Position numbers and translations under genes: made by a program
Source: the human T2T-CHM13v2.0 reference genome, Homo sapiens
Assembly: GCF_009914755.1 (NCBI RefSeq)
Contig: NC_060938.1
DNA length: 64,000 nt
Reading direction: 5' to 3' (one strand)
The notes under the pieces: model-generated
What the model saw: only the letters and a program-made list of their open reading frames with translations
The model's database searches: none
Told to the model about the DNA's origin: nothing
Shown: in pieces, positions 14,170 through 29,329 of the stretch
Position numbering within the stretch: the stretch's first letter is position 1
How the letters are laid out: every line of letters starts with the position of its first letter

Positions 14170-14172
<3 letters not shown>

Positions 14173-14216
<44 letters not shown>

Positions 14217-14224
14217 CATCCATC
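14173..14224. repeat. (TATC)11(CATC)2 tetranucleotide STR
   Basis: Direct count. Confidence 0.95.
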
Positions 14225-14399
14225 ATATATAATGTATTACATGTTTATATCTGTATATAATAAAAAACAATTTAAGGGTTATGATTTTTATTTTAAGTGG
14301 TCACATGCTTTTTAAATTATTATAAAAGAAAGCAAATATATATGCACTCATAGATGCATATATATTAATACATACATACATAGTCATTTGTATACCAAT

Positions 14400-16350
<1,951 letters not shown>

Positions 16351-17512
16351 AATTGTAATCCATACAGCCTGTCTGGTGTAATTGAGAGGGTTTGCACAAC
16401 TATGCTGCTCCAGCACCTTTACCAAGAGTTCTTCATTTCCTTGTAAATTTGCTTCAATTTCATGATCATGCTACTAAAGGAGTAATATTTAGTAATATGG
16501 AGGTTTCCAGGACCCTGTTAGAACACGATAGTAATTATTCTCATTGCTCATTCTTCTGTCATACTAATTGTTAAGCCTTCTTAATATCCCTCCTAGTTGC
16601 ATAAACACCAAAACATTTGGATGTTACTACTTACAGAATGAGAATAAATAGAAGTGATAAGACGTACGAGGACTGAGCCCTGTAATAGAAGTCCAGGAGA
16701 TGAGAAGAGCCCAAAAATAAATATGAACTCCTTCATCCCAAATATTACTATTATTTTGAAACATGTCTGATCAAATTACTTTTCTACTTAAAATTTACCT
16801 TTACCTTCTTAGGTTTTATAAGACAAAGTCCAAACTCCCTATTATGTCACGTAAAGTATATACTGCACTTGTTTTATGTCTTTATCTACCAACCAGAATC
16901 AATACACAGGGTCTGATGTATGGTGGGCCATTAGTAAATTCCTGTTCAGAGTTACCTATAAGACTTGAATGGATTAATGCTATGTTGGTTATATAAACTT
17001 TTAAAGGAATATTACTTGTCTTCAAAACTAGATTAGAATGTGATGGTTAATTTTATGCATCAAGTTGATTTGGACACATGGGGTGCATAGATATTTGTTC
17101 AAACATTCTGGGTGTGTCTATATGACTGTTTTGGATATTTAAATAGTTGATGAGGTGGCCCTTTGTAATGTAGATAGGCCATATCCAACCTATTGAATAT
17201 ATTAAAAAGGCTGGCCCTCCCCTGATTAAGAGAGAATTCCTCCTGCCTAACTGCTTTAAACTGGGGGCACTGGCTTGTTTCCTGCCTTAGGACCCCAACT
17301 GAAATATCAATGCTTTCCGGGTCTTGAGTCTGCAAGCCTGTGGACAGAAACCACCTCATTAGCTCTCCTGATTCTCACAGTTTTAGAGTCAGAGTGGAAC
17401 TCCCATGGGCCCTCCTGGGTCTGCAGCTTACTGAATCACCCTGCAGATCTTGGGACTTTTCTGTCTCCATAATCATGTGAGCTGATTCCTTATAAGAAAC
17501 CTCTTTATATAT

Positions 17513-18937
17513 TGTCACCTGAAGAATGATGAGGTTCATAAATTTGGAAAAGAGAACTTTATTTCTCATAAAGGATTGTGTTACAGTAGGTAGTCAGGCA
17601 GATATGAGCAGAGCAGGAGAGCCCCCTCCGCCCCCTCCCACCACCAGGAACATCAGTTAACCCTCAGGTGATGATCAGGCAGTTGTTAACTGTCTCTCTA
17701 AAATAATTGGCCGCAGCCAGCACCCGGGAAAGATAATCTCCCAATACATAGAAATACATAAAACTGATGATCAGCAGCTCCCCGATAAGATCCCAGAAAT
17801 CGGGTGAATGGGCTAAAGCATAAGCACTAAGGCAAAATGCTGGAGATTAACGGGTATATGACCTTCTAGGAACATATGACTGGTAAGGAAAGAACGCCTC
17901 ACGTGAGCTTGAGTACAACTCCAGTAAACATACCGTGCATGTGGCCCTTCCAAGAGAAGAATCTCTTGCCACAAGAAGACAGCCCACTCCAAGGGAAGAA
18001 TCAGGGGAGAAGAGACACAGACCCCAGAAGAATGCCAATTTATAAAACCCCAAGTCAAAGGTCAAACTGGCCACTTGATCTTTTAAGTTGCCCACTTGGC
18101 CCTTTTCCAAGTATACTTTACTTCTCTTTATTCCTGCTCTAAAGCTTTTTAATAAGCTTTCACTCTTGCTCTAAAACTTGCCTCGGTGTCTCACTCTGCC
18201 TTATGCCCCTTGGTCAAATTCTTCTAAGGAGGCAAGAACTGAGGTTGCTGCAGACTCATACAGATTCGCAGCCGGTAACTGTTAAAGCCTGCAGGGTGGC
18301 CATTCTGGCAGGCTGGGAAGTGACGTTTCTGGTCAGAAGCCAGAAGCAGATACTTACAGGTGGGAAGAATAAGACGGGAATTTCTGCTGAACAGAGTAGC
18401 CAAATATACATATTCAATAAGCTATAGGAGGAGTCATGAATATTTTTGAAAACAGAAACAGGCACAAGCACATTTGAGTGTCATGCGCCCCCATAGGACT
18501 CATGCTCATAAAATGGCTGTCAGCAAGATCCAACAGTGGAGTTATTTGGCTCTCTGATGTCAAAAGATGAAGCATAGGATGCAAAAAGTCTCTATGGGCA
18601 TCCTCCGTAGACTGGCCAGAACCACTTTGTGGTGGGTGGTCTCTTACCAGGAAGGAGTACTGGTTGGTAGTTTTATCAAAACTGCAAAAGGGAGGGGCAG
18701 TGTCAGGCAGTTGGTAGACGTCAGGGGTGGAGGGAGTTTTTCCAAAGGGCTAGTTTCTGTTTAACCCTTAGGAAAAAAAAGTAATGGCAGTTAGTGAGGG
18801 AGGGGTACAACAAGGCGCGTCTTACCTCCCATTCCATCATGGCCAGGAACTGAGTTTTCAAAGTTTCCCTGGGGTCTTAGCTAAGAAGGAATCTGTGCAG
18901 TCAGTTGAGAAGCACAGGATTTCATTTTTATTTCTCA
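17513..18937 (-). mobile_element. ERV1-class solo LTR (MER66-like) inserted in the MLT2 TA tract, itself split
   Basis: tgtcacc... to ...ggatttcatttttatttctca (reverse complement TGAGAAATAAAAATGAAATCC); ATAT on both flanks. Confidence 0.6.
17579..18280 (+). mobile_element. MER50-like ERV1 solo LTR (innermost insertion)
   Basis: tgttacagtaggtagtcaggcagatatgagcag...; TATA-like tttataaaa ~18039; ends gattcgcagccggtaac. Confidence 0.7.
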
Positions 18938-20542
18938 ATATATGTAATATGTGATACTACATGTGATGTATATATATATCATACATATCATATACATCAT
19001 ATATATGTATATGGTATATAGCTATATCTTATTGGTCATACTCATCATATATATGTATACACACATACGATGTGGATAAATATACACACACACTTAAATA
19101 TATATCTATATATAGATCTATGATGTATATAGGATATATATACACATACACACATCCTGTTGGTTCTTTTTCTCTGGAGAACTGACTAATACATACAGTG
19201 ATTAACACATATTAAGCAAGTACTTTCTTACTGAAGCAATAAACCGTAACGAAAAACAAAGGAGTTATCAATTTAGATTCTTCTTTTCTATATAACTACA
19301 AATACCTGGTTTAAGTGATTCATTCATTGATCTGTCATTGCTCTAACCCTAATTTTTAAAATTTCCCCATTACTGAATTAATATTGAGGCCCTAGAACAT
19401 TAATGGTAATAATAGATATAGCTTATTTGATATTCTTTTGTAATTTAAAAAGAGCTCTAATATGTACCAGGGCTCATTATAAATGCCTTCTCCATTAATT
19501 CACTTAGTCCTCACAATTATAGAATTATTAATATTATCCTTGAAAGAAACAAATGTAATTCATTAAGCATCTCCTTTATGACAGAGGCCATGCTGAGTGT
19601 TTTATATAAATTTTTACATTAAAATTTCACTGTAAACCCAGAACTTACAGATGCAGCACTGATAGTCAGTGACTTTAATAATCTGTTCATCTTCAAAAAA
19701 TGTGGAAGATGTCAGTTTGAAACGTAAGTCTGTATTTCCAAGGCTCTTTCCTCTACAATGTTTTCTCTGGACTAAAGCTACGATTTGACCCTAGGAAGAA
19801 GTAAGCATTTTCTTTTTACCTAAATATGCACAATTGAACTTAGTTTTGGGGGACCGTGACAATTTTTTTAGGCTTATCTTAATGTTCATAAAAAAAAAAT
19901 TGGAATTTTATATAAGGTTCTGCAAACTTAAAAGTACTCAGAGAGTGCTTATCAGGAAGGATTGATTAACTAAGAAACTGGAACATGTAGATCTCAGCCA
20001 GCAATGGTCTGAAACGGTTTAAAAAAGATGGAGTTCGAGCTACAAGCAAAGTAAATCTGAAGTGTGTGTAAAAAGAAATGAACATTCCTACAGGATATCT
20101 GCCACTTCATGAGCTTCTTTCATGGCTTTTCTGTCTCAGGACTACACTCTGTGTATACAAATTGCTTCTGAACCATTGCAGAAAGTCTTTCTTGACTCTA
20201 AGTTACTATCCTGAGTAACATATTGACATATCTATTTGATTATTTCGCCAATGAGGAATTCCATTCATTGTATTATTGTCCAATTCTCTAATAAATCTAG
20301 TGATGAATTTTTCCATTTAATTATGGTTCAAATATTAGTAGCGATAGAATCGTCTACTACCCTAGGAAAAGAGATGACTTCATACTAGGGTGAGTCCTTG
20401 TTAACAGAGCAGTCCTGCTGGGTTTAGCTCTGAGGCATTTTCATTGCTTGCTGCATGCTCAAAGGCCAGGTGGCCTTTGCAGATAGGAAATATGCACTGT
20501 CCCTTAAGGACCATGCATTCAGTCTTGGCCATTTGGTTTCTA

Positions 20543-20960
<418 letters not shown>

Positions 20961-22090
20961 TCAAACCAGGCTTAATGATCTAACCACTTATAATGTTTTA
21001 TTAGAAAAGAATTTCTAAAAAGAGCTGCCAATTTATTACACTTTTAAACCTTATTGAAAGAATAAAGATTTTCCTTGAATTGTTTAAGAGAGATTTAATT
21101 GTGCAATAAGTAAAATTAAGCTGACATAGAATACAAAATACTGAAGAGGCTGTTTCCTAGAGGCGTTAAAACTCTGTATATGAGTATAATAATAATAGTT
21201 GGCATAATCCAATCTGCAGATCTCAAAACATTTTTACATTTCTTTCACTAATATTATCTCAATTTTGCTGAATTATCTTTTGCTAGTTGTTTTTGATGCC
21301 ATTTGAAGCAGATTTAAGTGACTTCATATCATTATTAAAACATAAGATAATCAAATTTGGCATAGTTCCTGGAGATCTTAAAGAGGTACTCATATTCCTA
21401 TAAACATAAACTAGAAGATGCTCTTCTCTCTTTTCTGGGGACAAAAGCAGAGAAGTTTTGATAAACATTCTGAAAATAATAATCATCATTATGATTTCTC
21501 ACTAATAACCATATTATTTGATACAGGTGAAAATAATTCTTGGTTTTCACTTATTTTCCTTGCATCTACACAAACTTTACATATTTATATGATGCATGAT
21601 CATGGCTGGGGATGTTTTCAAAACTATTCTTGGGGAGAGAAATACCAACGTAACTTTAGCATCATAATATATGATGTACGTTTAAGACTATGTTTAAATT
21701 ATCCCTAAATAATATAAAACCTTATGCCAACTTATATTTGTGTCATTTATTTTAGACAAAATAAATTACTCACAAGGTTGGGGTTGGATTTTGGTCTCTC
21801 ATTTAAACACCTGTTAGTATATGTACTTACGATCAGAATTACAGAACAGCTTGTGGAGAAGAGAGAGTTTTGAAGACATTGTTAAAGTTTGTTAAGCCAC
21901 CTCTTTCATATCTACAGCTCTTTGTAGTGACCGTAGCTAAATTTCAAGATGATGTGAAAATATTGTTTATGAATATGTATAGTTGTATGAAAATTAGAAA
22001 GCGGAGTTGTATGTATTAGTCAAAACCATTGACATACGTAACATATATTCATATCAATAAACTAGATAAGATGACAAAAAAGGGTAGTAG

Positions 22091-22410
<320 letters not shown>

Positions 22411-22444
22411 TGTAGCTAAAAATATTGAGTAAGTTGGGGTCAAG

Positions 22445-22454
22445 ATATATATAT

Positions 22455-22502
<48 letters not shown>

Positions 22503-22522
22503 GTATGTGTATATATATATAT

Positions 22523-22557
<35 letters not shown>
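22445..22557. repeat. (TA)n/(TATG)n compound microsatellite
   Basis: ~110 bp of alternating purine-pyrimidine sequence. Confidence 0.95.
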
Positions 22558-25408
22558 ACAGGTAATAACTATAATGTTATAAGAATTAGGACCAGAGTAC
22601 AGAAAAATATAGTTGGAACTGCCCCACAAGCACATGGGGGCCACCAGGACCCAACCTACACAAGAGTCTAGGAGCTAAGTTTGCTTCATTTTTCAGACTA
22701 TAAATTGAGGGCACAAAAATCTCTACCAAGCCACCAAGATGGAGATGCTTTTGGACTATGTAGAGTTAGAAGTTCTATGAGGTGCACCACGATCTGCCCA
22801 CTGTACCTATGAGCCTTGGACGTCTGTTGGGGACTTCATGTATCAGCCTTGGCTTGTGGATGGGAAAGAAGAATGGAAAACAATGTTTCATTTTACTAAG
22901 ACAAGGCCAAAGAATACAAGGTTTCCATGCTCTTTTCCTTCCCATCTTTTCATCACTCTTTAAAAAGTCGATTTCCAGTAAACAGATATGAGACATATCA
23001 GTCAAGGTCCTGGTAGGAAACAGATGGCACATTTAAACCAGTAATTTGAAAAAGCTTACTAAAGGGACTATTTAAGCAGGTTTGGGGAGAATTTAGGAAA
23101 ATTAATAAGGGGCTGGTAAGAGGCCTTAGAGGGAAAAAGACTAAAATTCAAGGGTTCTGGAAAGAGGTAGCTGTAAGCTCAAGAGCTCCATAAAGGATTC
23201 AGTTAGATGGCAGTCACCTGGCAGGGAGGAAGTCGACCTCACATTCTTCTCACTCTCTTATCTCCTGTCTGTACCTTCCATTGGCCAAAACCAACTTACA
23301 AAGACACAGAGAAGGGGTCCATTTATGTAAACTAAAAGCAATGGCCTTCCAGAGTCCAGAGCAGAGTGTGAAGAAGGGAGAGGCATGAATCTGGAGGGAC
23401 AAAATCATATTTAACACGTAAAGGTGGAACAAAACAACTTAAAAACAATCTTTACCTCTGTCTTGGGGAAAGCCTGTCTAATGCAAATAATATGATTCAT
23501 AATTTTTGTTTATATTTTTGAAATTCTATTGTAGTAATTCTCAACATTCAAGATAGGGTCTATTTCTGATATGGGATCAGAAATAGAGACACACACAATG
23601 TAAAAGGAGTAAAAAAAGTTGGGGTAAAACAAGGAAAACTATAGATTTAGAAGCAGACTGCACAGGTCTGTATCAGCGGAGTTGCTACCCTAAAGTAGAA
23701 TTTAATGGAATCTGGCCTAGGCTTAAAGGTTGACCTTTGTCCCATCTTGCCAGTTACTTCCCCTCTCATGACTCTATGTAATAATTTGTTGAATAGTATC
23801 TGAAATTATAGCACAGGACCAGTTTATTTGCATTTTTTTCTCTCCAGTGTTGGTGTAGATCCTAGTGGTGTCTTTGAACTTAGTCCCATCTTTCACTGCC
23901 TCTCTGGTTGTGTAACTTAGCAAAGACTTCTGGTATGAGCTGTATAGAGGAGTGGGTTTATTACAGGTGGCAGAGTGAGCCCTGCTGTATTTGTTCTCTC
24001 TTACTGGAAAGATTTTTTAATCCACCTACATCCTGTAAGTTGCTCTGATACTTGCAGGGTGGGGCAGATATGCAAACAATTGCACAGACTTCTAATAAGA
24101 ACTGTAGGAGAGATGGGTGAGTTGAGTACCTAGCATAAATAGAACAATTTGTGAAAAAGCAATTTTTAGGACACTATGTAGCCTATATGAAATGTAAAGA
24201 ACATATACCCTTTCAAAGAATACTGTCAATCTTCAAAAAATAAATTCAATTTAACAGTATGTGTAGACGTGATCTGTAAATATACACTCAGCACATTGTT
24301 AGGTATCATGTAGAAAAAAATGAATATAATATTGTGCATCAAGCATCTCTTCAGCTGGTTAAGAAGACATGAAAATCTGTTAAGTGATATAGTACATGCT
24401 GCACTGAATTGTTGTTTAAGTGTCCAGCGAGTGGTGCTGGCATTCACTGCTGAAAGAGAACTGTACATAACAAGAAAGCCTAGACAAGATGAAGGTCAGA
24501 CCATAGCTTAGAAATGGGACAGTAAAGATTATAAGAAAAGATGGTATTCCAAAGGAAGTGTAAGTATTTTCCTTTACCACTCTGAAACTAGAGAGATAGG
24601 GAATTGTAACAGCAGCAGAGTTGACAAGATTAACAAGATTCCTGACCTCCAAAATCTTCCCTATCTATAATTCTCATGGATTTCCAGCTGTCTCTGCAAA
24701 AGATAAGTATATGAATTCTTTTGCAGTGTGGCCCTATTTATCTGGTGTGTGTCATAACTTATAGTGTCTAAGAAATCTGAAACTATTATCATTTGGGGTT
24801 CACAGTAGGTCTAGGATGTTCGCAATAAAATTGTTTGTATATTTGTATGTATATATACACTACACATAACTCTAAATATGATATATTTATGATACTATCA
24901 GTGTTCAGAGAGTGTGGTATTATGAAAAGTGTACTGACATGTAAACACTGCGTAGGTTTTAAAAGCTTAGTAAACTTTATCTAATCATTCTAAAATATTT
25001 TAGTAGAAACTTTCAATTTTCGTTTTATTAATTCCATTCATATTCAGTTCTCATAAAAAATAGTATGTCTTTTATGCTTGGACTTATCACAGTTTTTCTC
25101 CTCATGCTTGGTCATTTAATTCAATGTCAGAATTGCTTAGTTTGGCAAGATCTTTTAGCATCCAGGAAGTTAAAATCATGCATAGAAAATTACATTCTGC
25201 TTCATTATGGGAGTAGGTCTTATTTTTATATGGTGTCTATATCATAATATGTAGTAAAATATAGTCTTCCTTTTTGAACATACGTGCAGATAAATTTTTA
25301 TGCCCTTTGGGGCCTCTGAGGGAAAAATGGTGCCCCCAAAGTCAGAAGTCAGATTCCAGATGCTTATTATTGGTATTCATTGCCCTGACCCTTTATCCTT
25401 TATCCTGA

Positions 25409-25447
<39 letters not shown>

Positions 25448-25730
25448 TTGAGACAGAGTTTCGCTCTTGTTGCCCAGGCTGGAGTGCAATGGCGCGATCT
25501 CAACTCACGGCAAACTCCACCTCCCAGGTTCAAGCGATTCTCTGCCTTAGCCTCCTGAGTAGCTGGGATTACAGGCACGTGCCACCATGCCCAGCTAATT
25601 TTATATTTTTAGTAGAGACAGGGTTTCTCCATGTTGGTCAGGCTGGTCTCAAACTCCCGACCTCAGGTGATCCACCCACCTCGGCCTCCCAAAGTGCTGG
25701 GATTAGAGGCGTGAGCCACCACGGCCCGCC
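25409..25730 (-). mobile_element. AluSp-like element with (TAT)12 tail
   Basis: Antisense dimer with gggtttctccatgttggtcagg; TSD tatcctgaattatt. Confidence 0.95.
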
Positions 25731-25784
25731 TATCCTGAATTATTTAAGGGATTTCCCATCCTCTCCATCTCCCACAATCCATTG

Positions 25785-25937
25785 TTTTATTTTTATTTTT
25801 ATTTATTTTTGAGACAGGGTCTCACTCTGTTGCCCAGGCTGGAATGCAGTGGTGTGATCTCGGCTCACTGCAACCACACTGCTTCCCAGGCTCAAGCAAT
25901 CCTCTTGCCTTAGCCTCCTGAGTAACTAGGACTACAG
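25785..25937 (-). mobile_element. Alu right-arm fragment (J-like)
   Basis: gagacagggtctcactctgttgcccagg...gggactaca. Confidence 0.85.
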
Positions 25938-26649
25938 TGTTGTTTTATATTTTAAGAAAATTTCTTAAAACTCACCCCTGTCAAAAATGCTTAAATGGCT
26001 CTGGAATACTTGCAGTTTTAATTCCTTAATAGAGTATCAGAAATGTTTCAAAATAAAATCTAACATCTCCTTTACATTTTTATTTCCCAAAACACTCTTT
26101 TTTTTTCATTCACCACACAGACTTGTCACATCAGACTATGCAGCTGAAACAGTATGTATTGTGATTTTTACTTCCATGTTCTTAGTTAGATTTTAATTAG
26201 CTGTTTGTATTGCAAGTTAAATGGCCAGGCAACCTGAAGAATTACTTGAAGAATGATTATATCTATTTTTGCAGCACAATCTTATTTCTGAACTCTAGAT
26301 CTATATCCCTAGGTTTTTTTTGATTATGTCACTGGACAATTGATAGCAGGACTTCAAATCAACACTGCTCCCTATAATGCCATCTCGCCCTCTCCTGCTG
26401 TTGTAATATATGTACTTTTGGGCCAAAACTGAATGTGTGTGGTCACAATCTTTTCCTCTTCCATATATTCAGTCTTCATCAATATCTCAGTAAAGTGTGT
26501 GTCATTCTTGGTCCTGTGTTTTAATAATTTATATGCATCTCTCTCGTCTAACACTCAACATTTCGCTCACAAACATTTCATTGCTATTTTATAAAAACTT
26601 TTAGAAAGAGAATATAACAGTGTCTTTGTGTTAGTGCAGTTCATACTGA

Positions 26650-28187
26650 ATTTGGTGGACCAATAGCTAAACAAAAAGAGTCACAAAACAACCTGATAAA
26701 AGTGTTCATAAGAGAATATATGAACTGTTACATAAAAAGAGAAGAAAAAGTACCTAAGTCTGCCTATGAGAGTAAAGGAAGGCTTCATTAATGACAGGTT
26801 AATAAAACTAAGTCTTAAAGGATGAAGAGAAATTTATCAGTTGGGCAAAAATTAGAAGATAATCTAATTTTTAGATTATCTTAGAAGATAATCAAATATA
26901 AGAGAATTAGACTGTGGAATGGGTGCAAGCAATTCAGTAGTGTTAGGTTCAGAGTACTTGTAGAGTTAACACAGTAGAAGTCAGGTCACACAAGAGCATT
27001 TTATACCCTACTAAGGCTGTAAGAGATAGGAAACATCTGGAAAAACACTAAGCTGACCAGTGATTTGCATCTCTGAAACACTGCCCAGGCTGTGGTGTGG
27101 AGAGTGTCTTGATGGCTTGGAGTATACTAGACTTGGGAAAGGGAGTGAAAGTAGATGATTGCTTCTGTGGTTCCAGTGAGGCATGATTAAGTAATGAACT
27201 ATGACAGTGACCTCAAACTTGGAGAGGAGTAGGCAGATTTGAGGATGGAGAGGAACAGTCAGTAGAAATGTTGGAATTTAGTGGCTTATTGACTGCAGGA
27301 ATGAGAGAGAAGGAAGGTTGAAATCTCTCTCTGGTTTTGGCTAGGGCAACTAGAGAAGAGGGAATTTCATTTACCAAATCAGGGAAAATGGGAGGAAAGG
27401 CTGGTAGAAACAGAATAATGAGATTTTTATTTTTTTATTTTTTAGGAGAGGCTGAGTTTGAGGTACACTCAGAACTTTCATGCTGAGTTGTCAACTTGGA
27501 ATTTGGAAGAAAAGATGAGGAGCTTAAGAGACAGCAGTGAGGACTCTAGAGACTAGGAAAGTGTTGTTTCAAAACAGGGAAACAATAGAGGTAATTGAAA
27601 AGGTGGCATAAAATGGAGAATCCAGGGGGAGGTTATGGAGAGAAAAAGATCTCTAAAACTCTACAAACACTGAAAACTTTTAATACACAGGAAGCAAAAA
27701 GAAGTTTATGATCCAGTTAAAAACAAAGAAACAAACAAACAAACACACTAAGAAGGGGTCAGGCGCAGTGGCTCACGCCGGTAATCCCAGCATTTTGGGA
27801 GGCCAAGGTGGGCATATTGCTTGAGCTCAGGAGCTCGAGACCAGCCTGGGCAACATGGGGAAACCCTGTCTCTACAAAAAAAAAATGCAAAAGAGAAAAA
27901 AATAGCTGGGTGTTAGAAAAAAATAGCTGGGTGTTAGAGATTAATAGAAGGCTGAAGTGGGAGGATTGCTTGAGCTTGGGAGGTGGAGATTACAATGAGC
28001 CAAGATTACACCACTGTACTCCAGCCTGGGCTATGGAGTGAAACCCTGTCTCAAAAACAAAACAAAATAAACAAACAATCAAAAGAAAACCTCCCAAACA
28101 CTAAGAAGGAGGTTTTAGGGGAGTGTAGTGTAATGAAAGTTCAGAAAGGAGAAAGTGGTCAACAGTATCACATGCCAATAAGATAAC
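26650..28187 (-). mobile_element. L2 (LINE2) relic; continues at ~34365-34450 beyond the provirus
   Basis: ggaaggcttc...aagtcttaaaggatga..., tgagtttgaggt..., gtggtcaacagt motifs; boundaries approximate. Confidence 0.55.
27757..28090 (+). mobile_element. AluJ with internal duplication/deletion
   Basis: Dimer; TSD acactaagaagg; 21-bp tandem duplication at 27894-27935. Confidence 0.9.
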
Positions 28188-28600
28188 TTCCACTCGCGTC
28201 GGTGTGAAGAGACTACCAAACAGGCTTTGTATGAGCAAAAAGGCTGTTTATTTCACCTGGGTGCAGGCGGGCTGCGTCCGAAAAGAGAGTCAGCGAAGGG
28301 AGATAGGGGTGGGGCCATTTTATAAGATTTGGGTAGGTAAAGGAAAATTACAATCAAAGGGGGTTGTTCTCTGGCGGGCAGGAGTGGGGGTCACAAGGTG
28401 CTCAGTAGGGGAGCTTTTGAGCCAGGATGAGCCAGGAGAAGGAATTTCACAAGATAATGTCATCAGTTAAGGCAGGAACAGGCCATTTTCACTTCTTTTG
28501 TGGTGGAATGTCATCAGTTAAGGCAGGAACTGGCCATCTGGATGTGTACATGCAAGTCACAGGGGATATGATGGCTTAGCTTGGGCTCAGAGGCCTGACA
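28188..28600 (-). mobile_element. 3' LTR7 of HERV-H
   Basis: Reverse complement begins TGTCAGGCCTCTGAGCCCAAGCTAAGCC; AATAAA at 28247-28252 (minus strand). Confidence 0.98.
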
Positions 28601-29329
28601 TTCCTGTCTTTTATATTAATAAGAAAAATAAAACGGAATAGTGGTAAAGTGTTGGGATGGTGAAAATTTTGGTGGTGGTATGGAGAGATAATGGGCAATG
28701 TTTCTCAGGGCTGCTTCTAGCGGGATTAGGGGTGGAGTGGGAACATAGAGTGGGAGAGATTAAGCTGAAGGAAGATTCTGTGGTAAGAGGTGATATTGTG
28801 GGGTTGTTAGAAGAAACATTTGTCATTTAGAATTATTGGTGATGGCCTGGATACGGTTTTATGTGAATTGAAAAACTAAACCGAATAAGAGAAGGAGAAA
28901 AACAGGTATTAAAGTTCTAAGAATTGGGAGGACCCAGGACATCTAATTACAGAGTGCCTAAGGAGATTCAGCATAGTCCTGCCAGCAAAGATTATTTATT
29001 TACTTTAAGAGTTAAGAGTGGCGGTTTGGGGATAGCATCAGGAGATACCAGCTGTGATGGCTTGGAGAAACAGTGTAAACCAGCAGTGTAAACAAGAGCA
29101 GGGCACGTATGAGTAGATGAGAATGGTGAATAGGAGTATGACTAGACAGAAGATAGTAGGGATGACAAGATTTTTGGGGCACAGTCCAAGTTGGTCTGGT
29201 GTCTAGAATAAGACTGGGGCTTAATAAAAGGGAGCATCCATACAGGAGCTCAAATGGGCTGTACCCTGTAGCATTCCAAGGACAGGCCTGAATTCTGAGA
29301 AAGGAAAGTGGTAAAAGTATTGTCCAGTC

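Larger units (their letters stand above)
17039..19193 (+). mobile_element. MLT2 (ERV-L) solo LTR, split by nested LTR insertions
   Basis: Starts tgtgatggttaattttatg; ...ataatcatgtgagc at ~17470; ends cctgttggttctttttctctggagaactgactaataca after a TA-rich tract. Confidence 0.8.

Noticed and set aside
22995-23410. Possible very old LTR (LTR78-like)
   Set aside because: Resemblance too weak to assign family or boundaries by eye
25300-25812. 170-aa ORF with poly-Tyr
   Set aside because: Poly-Tyr is the (TAT)n Alu tail and the rest is antisense Alu
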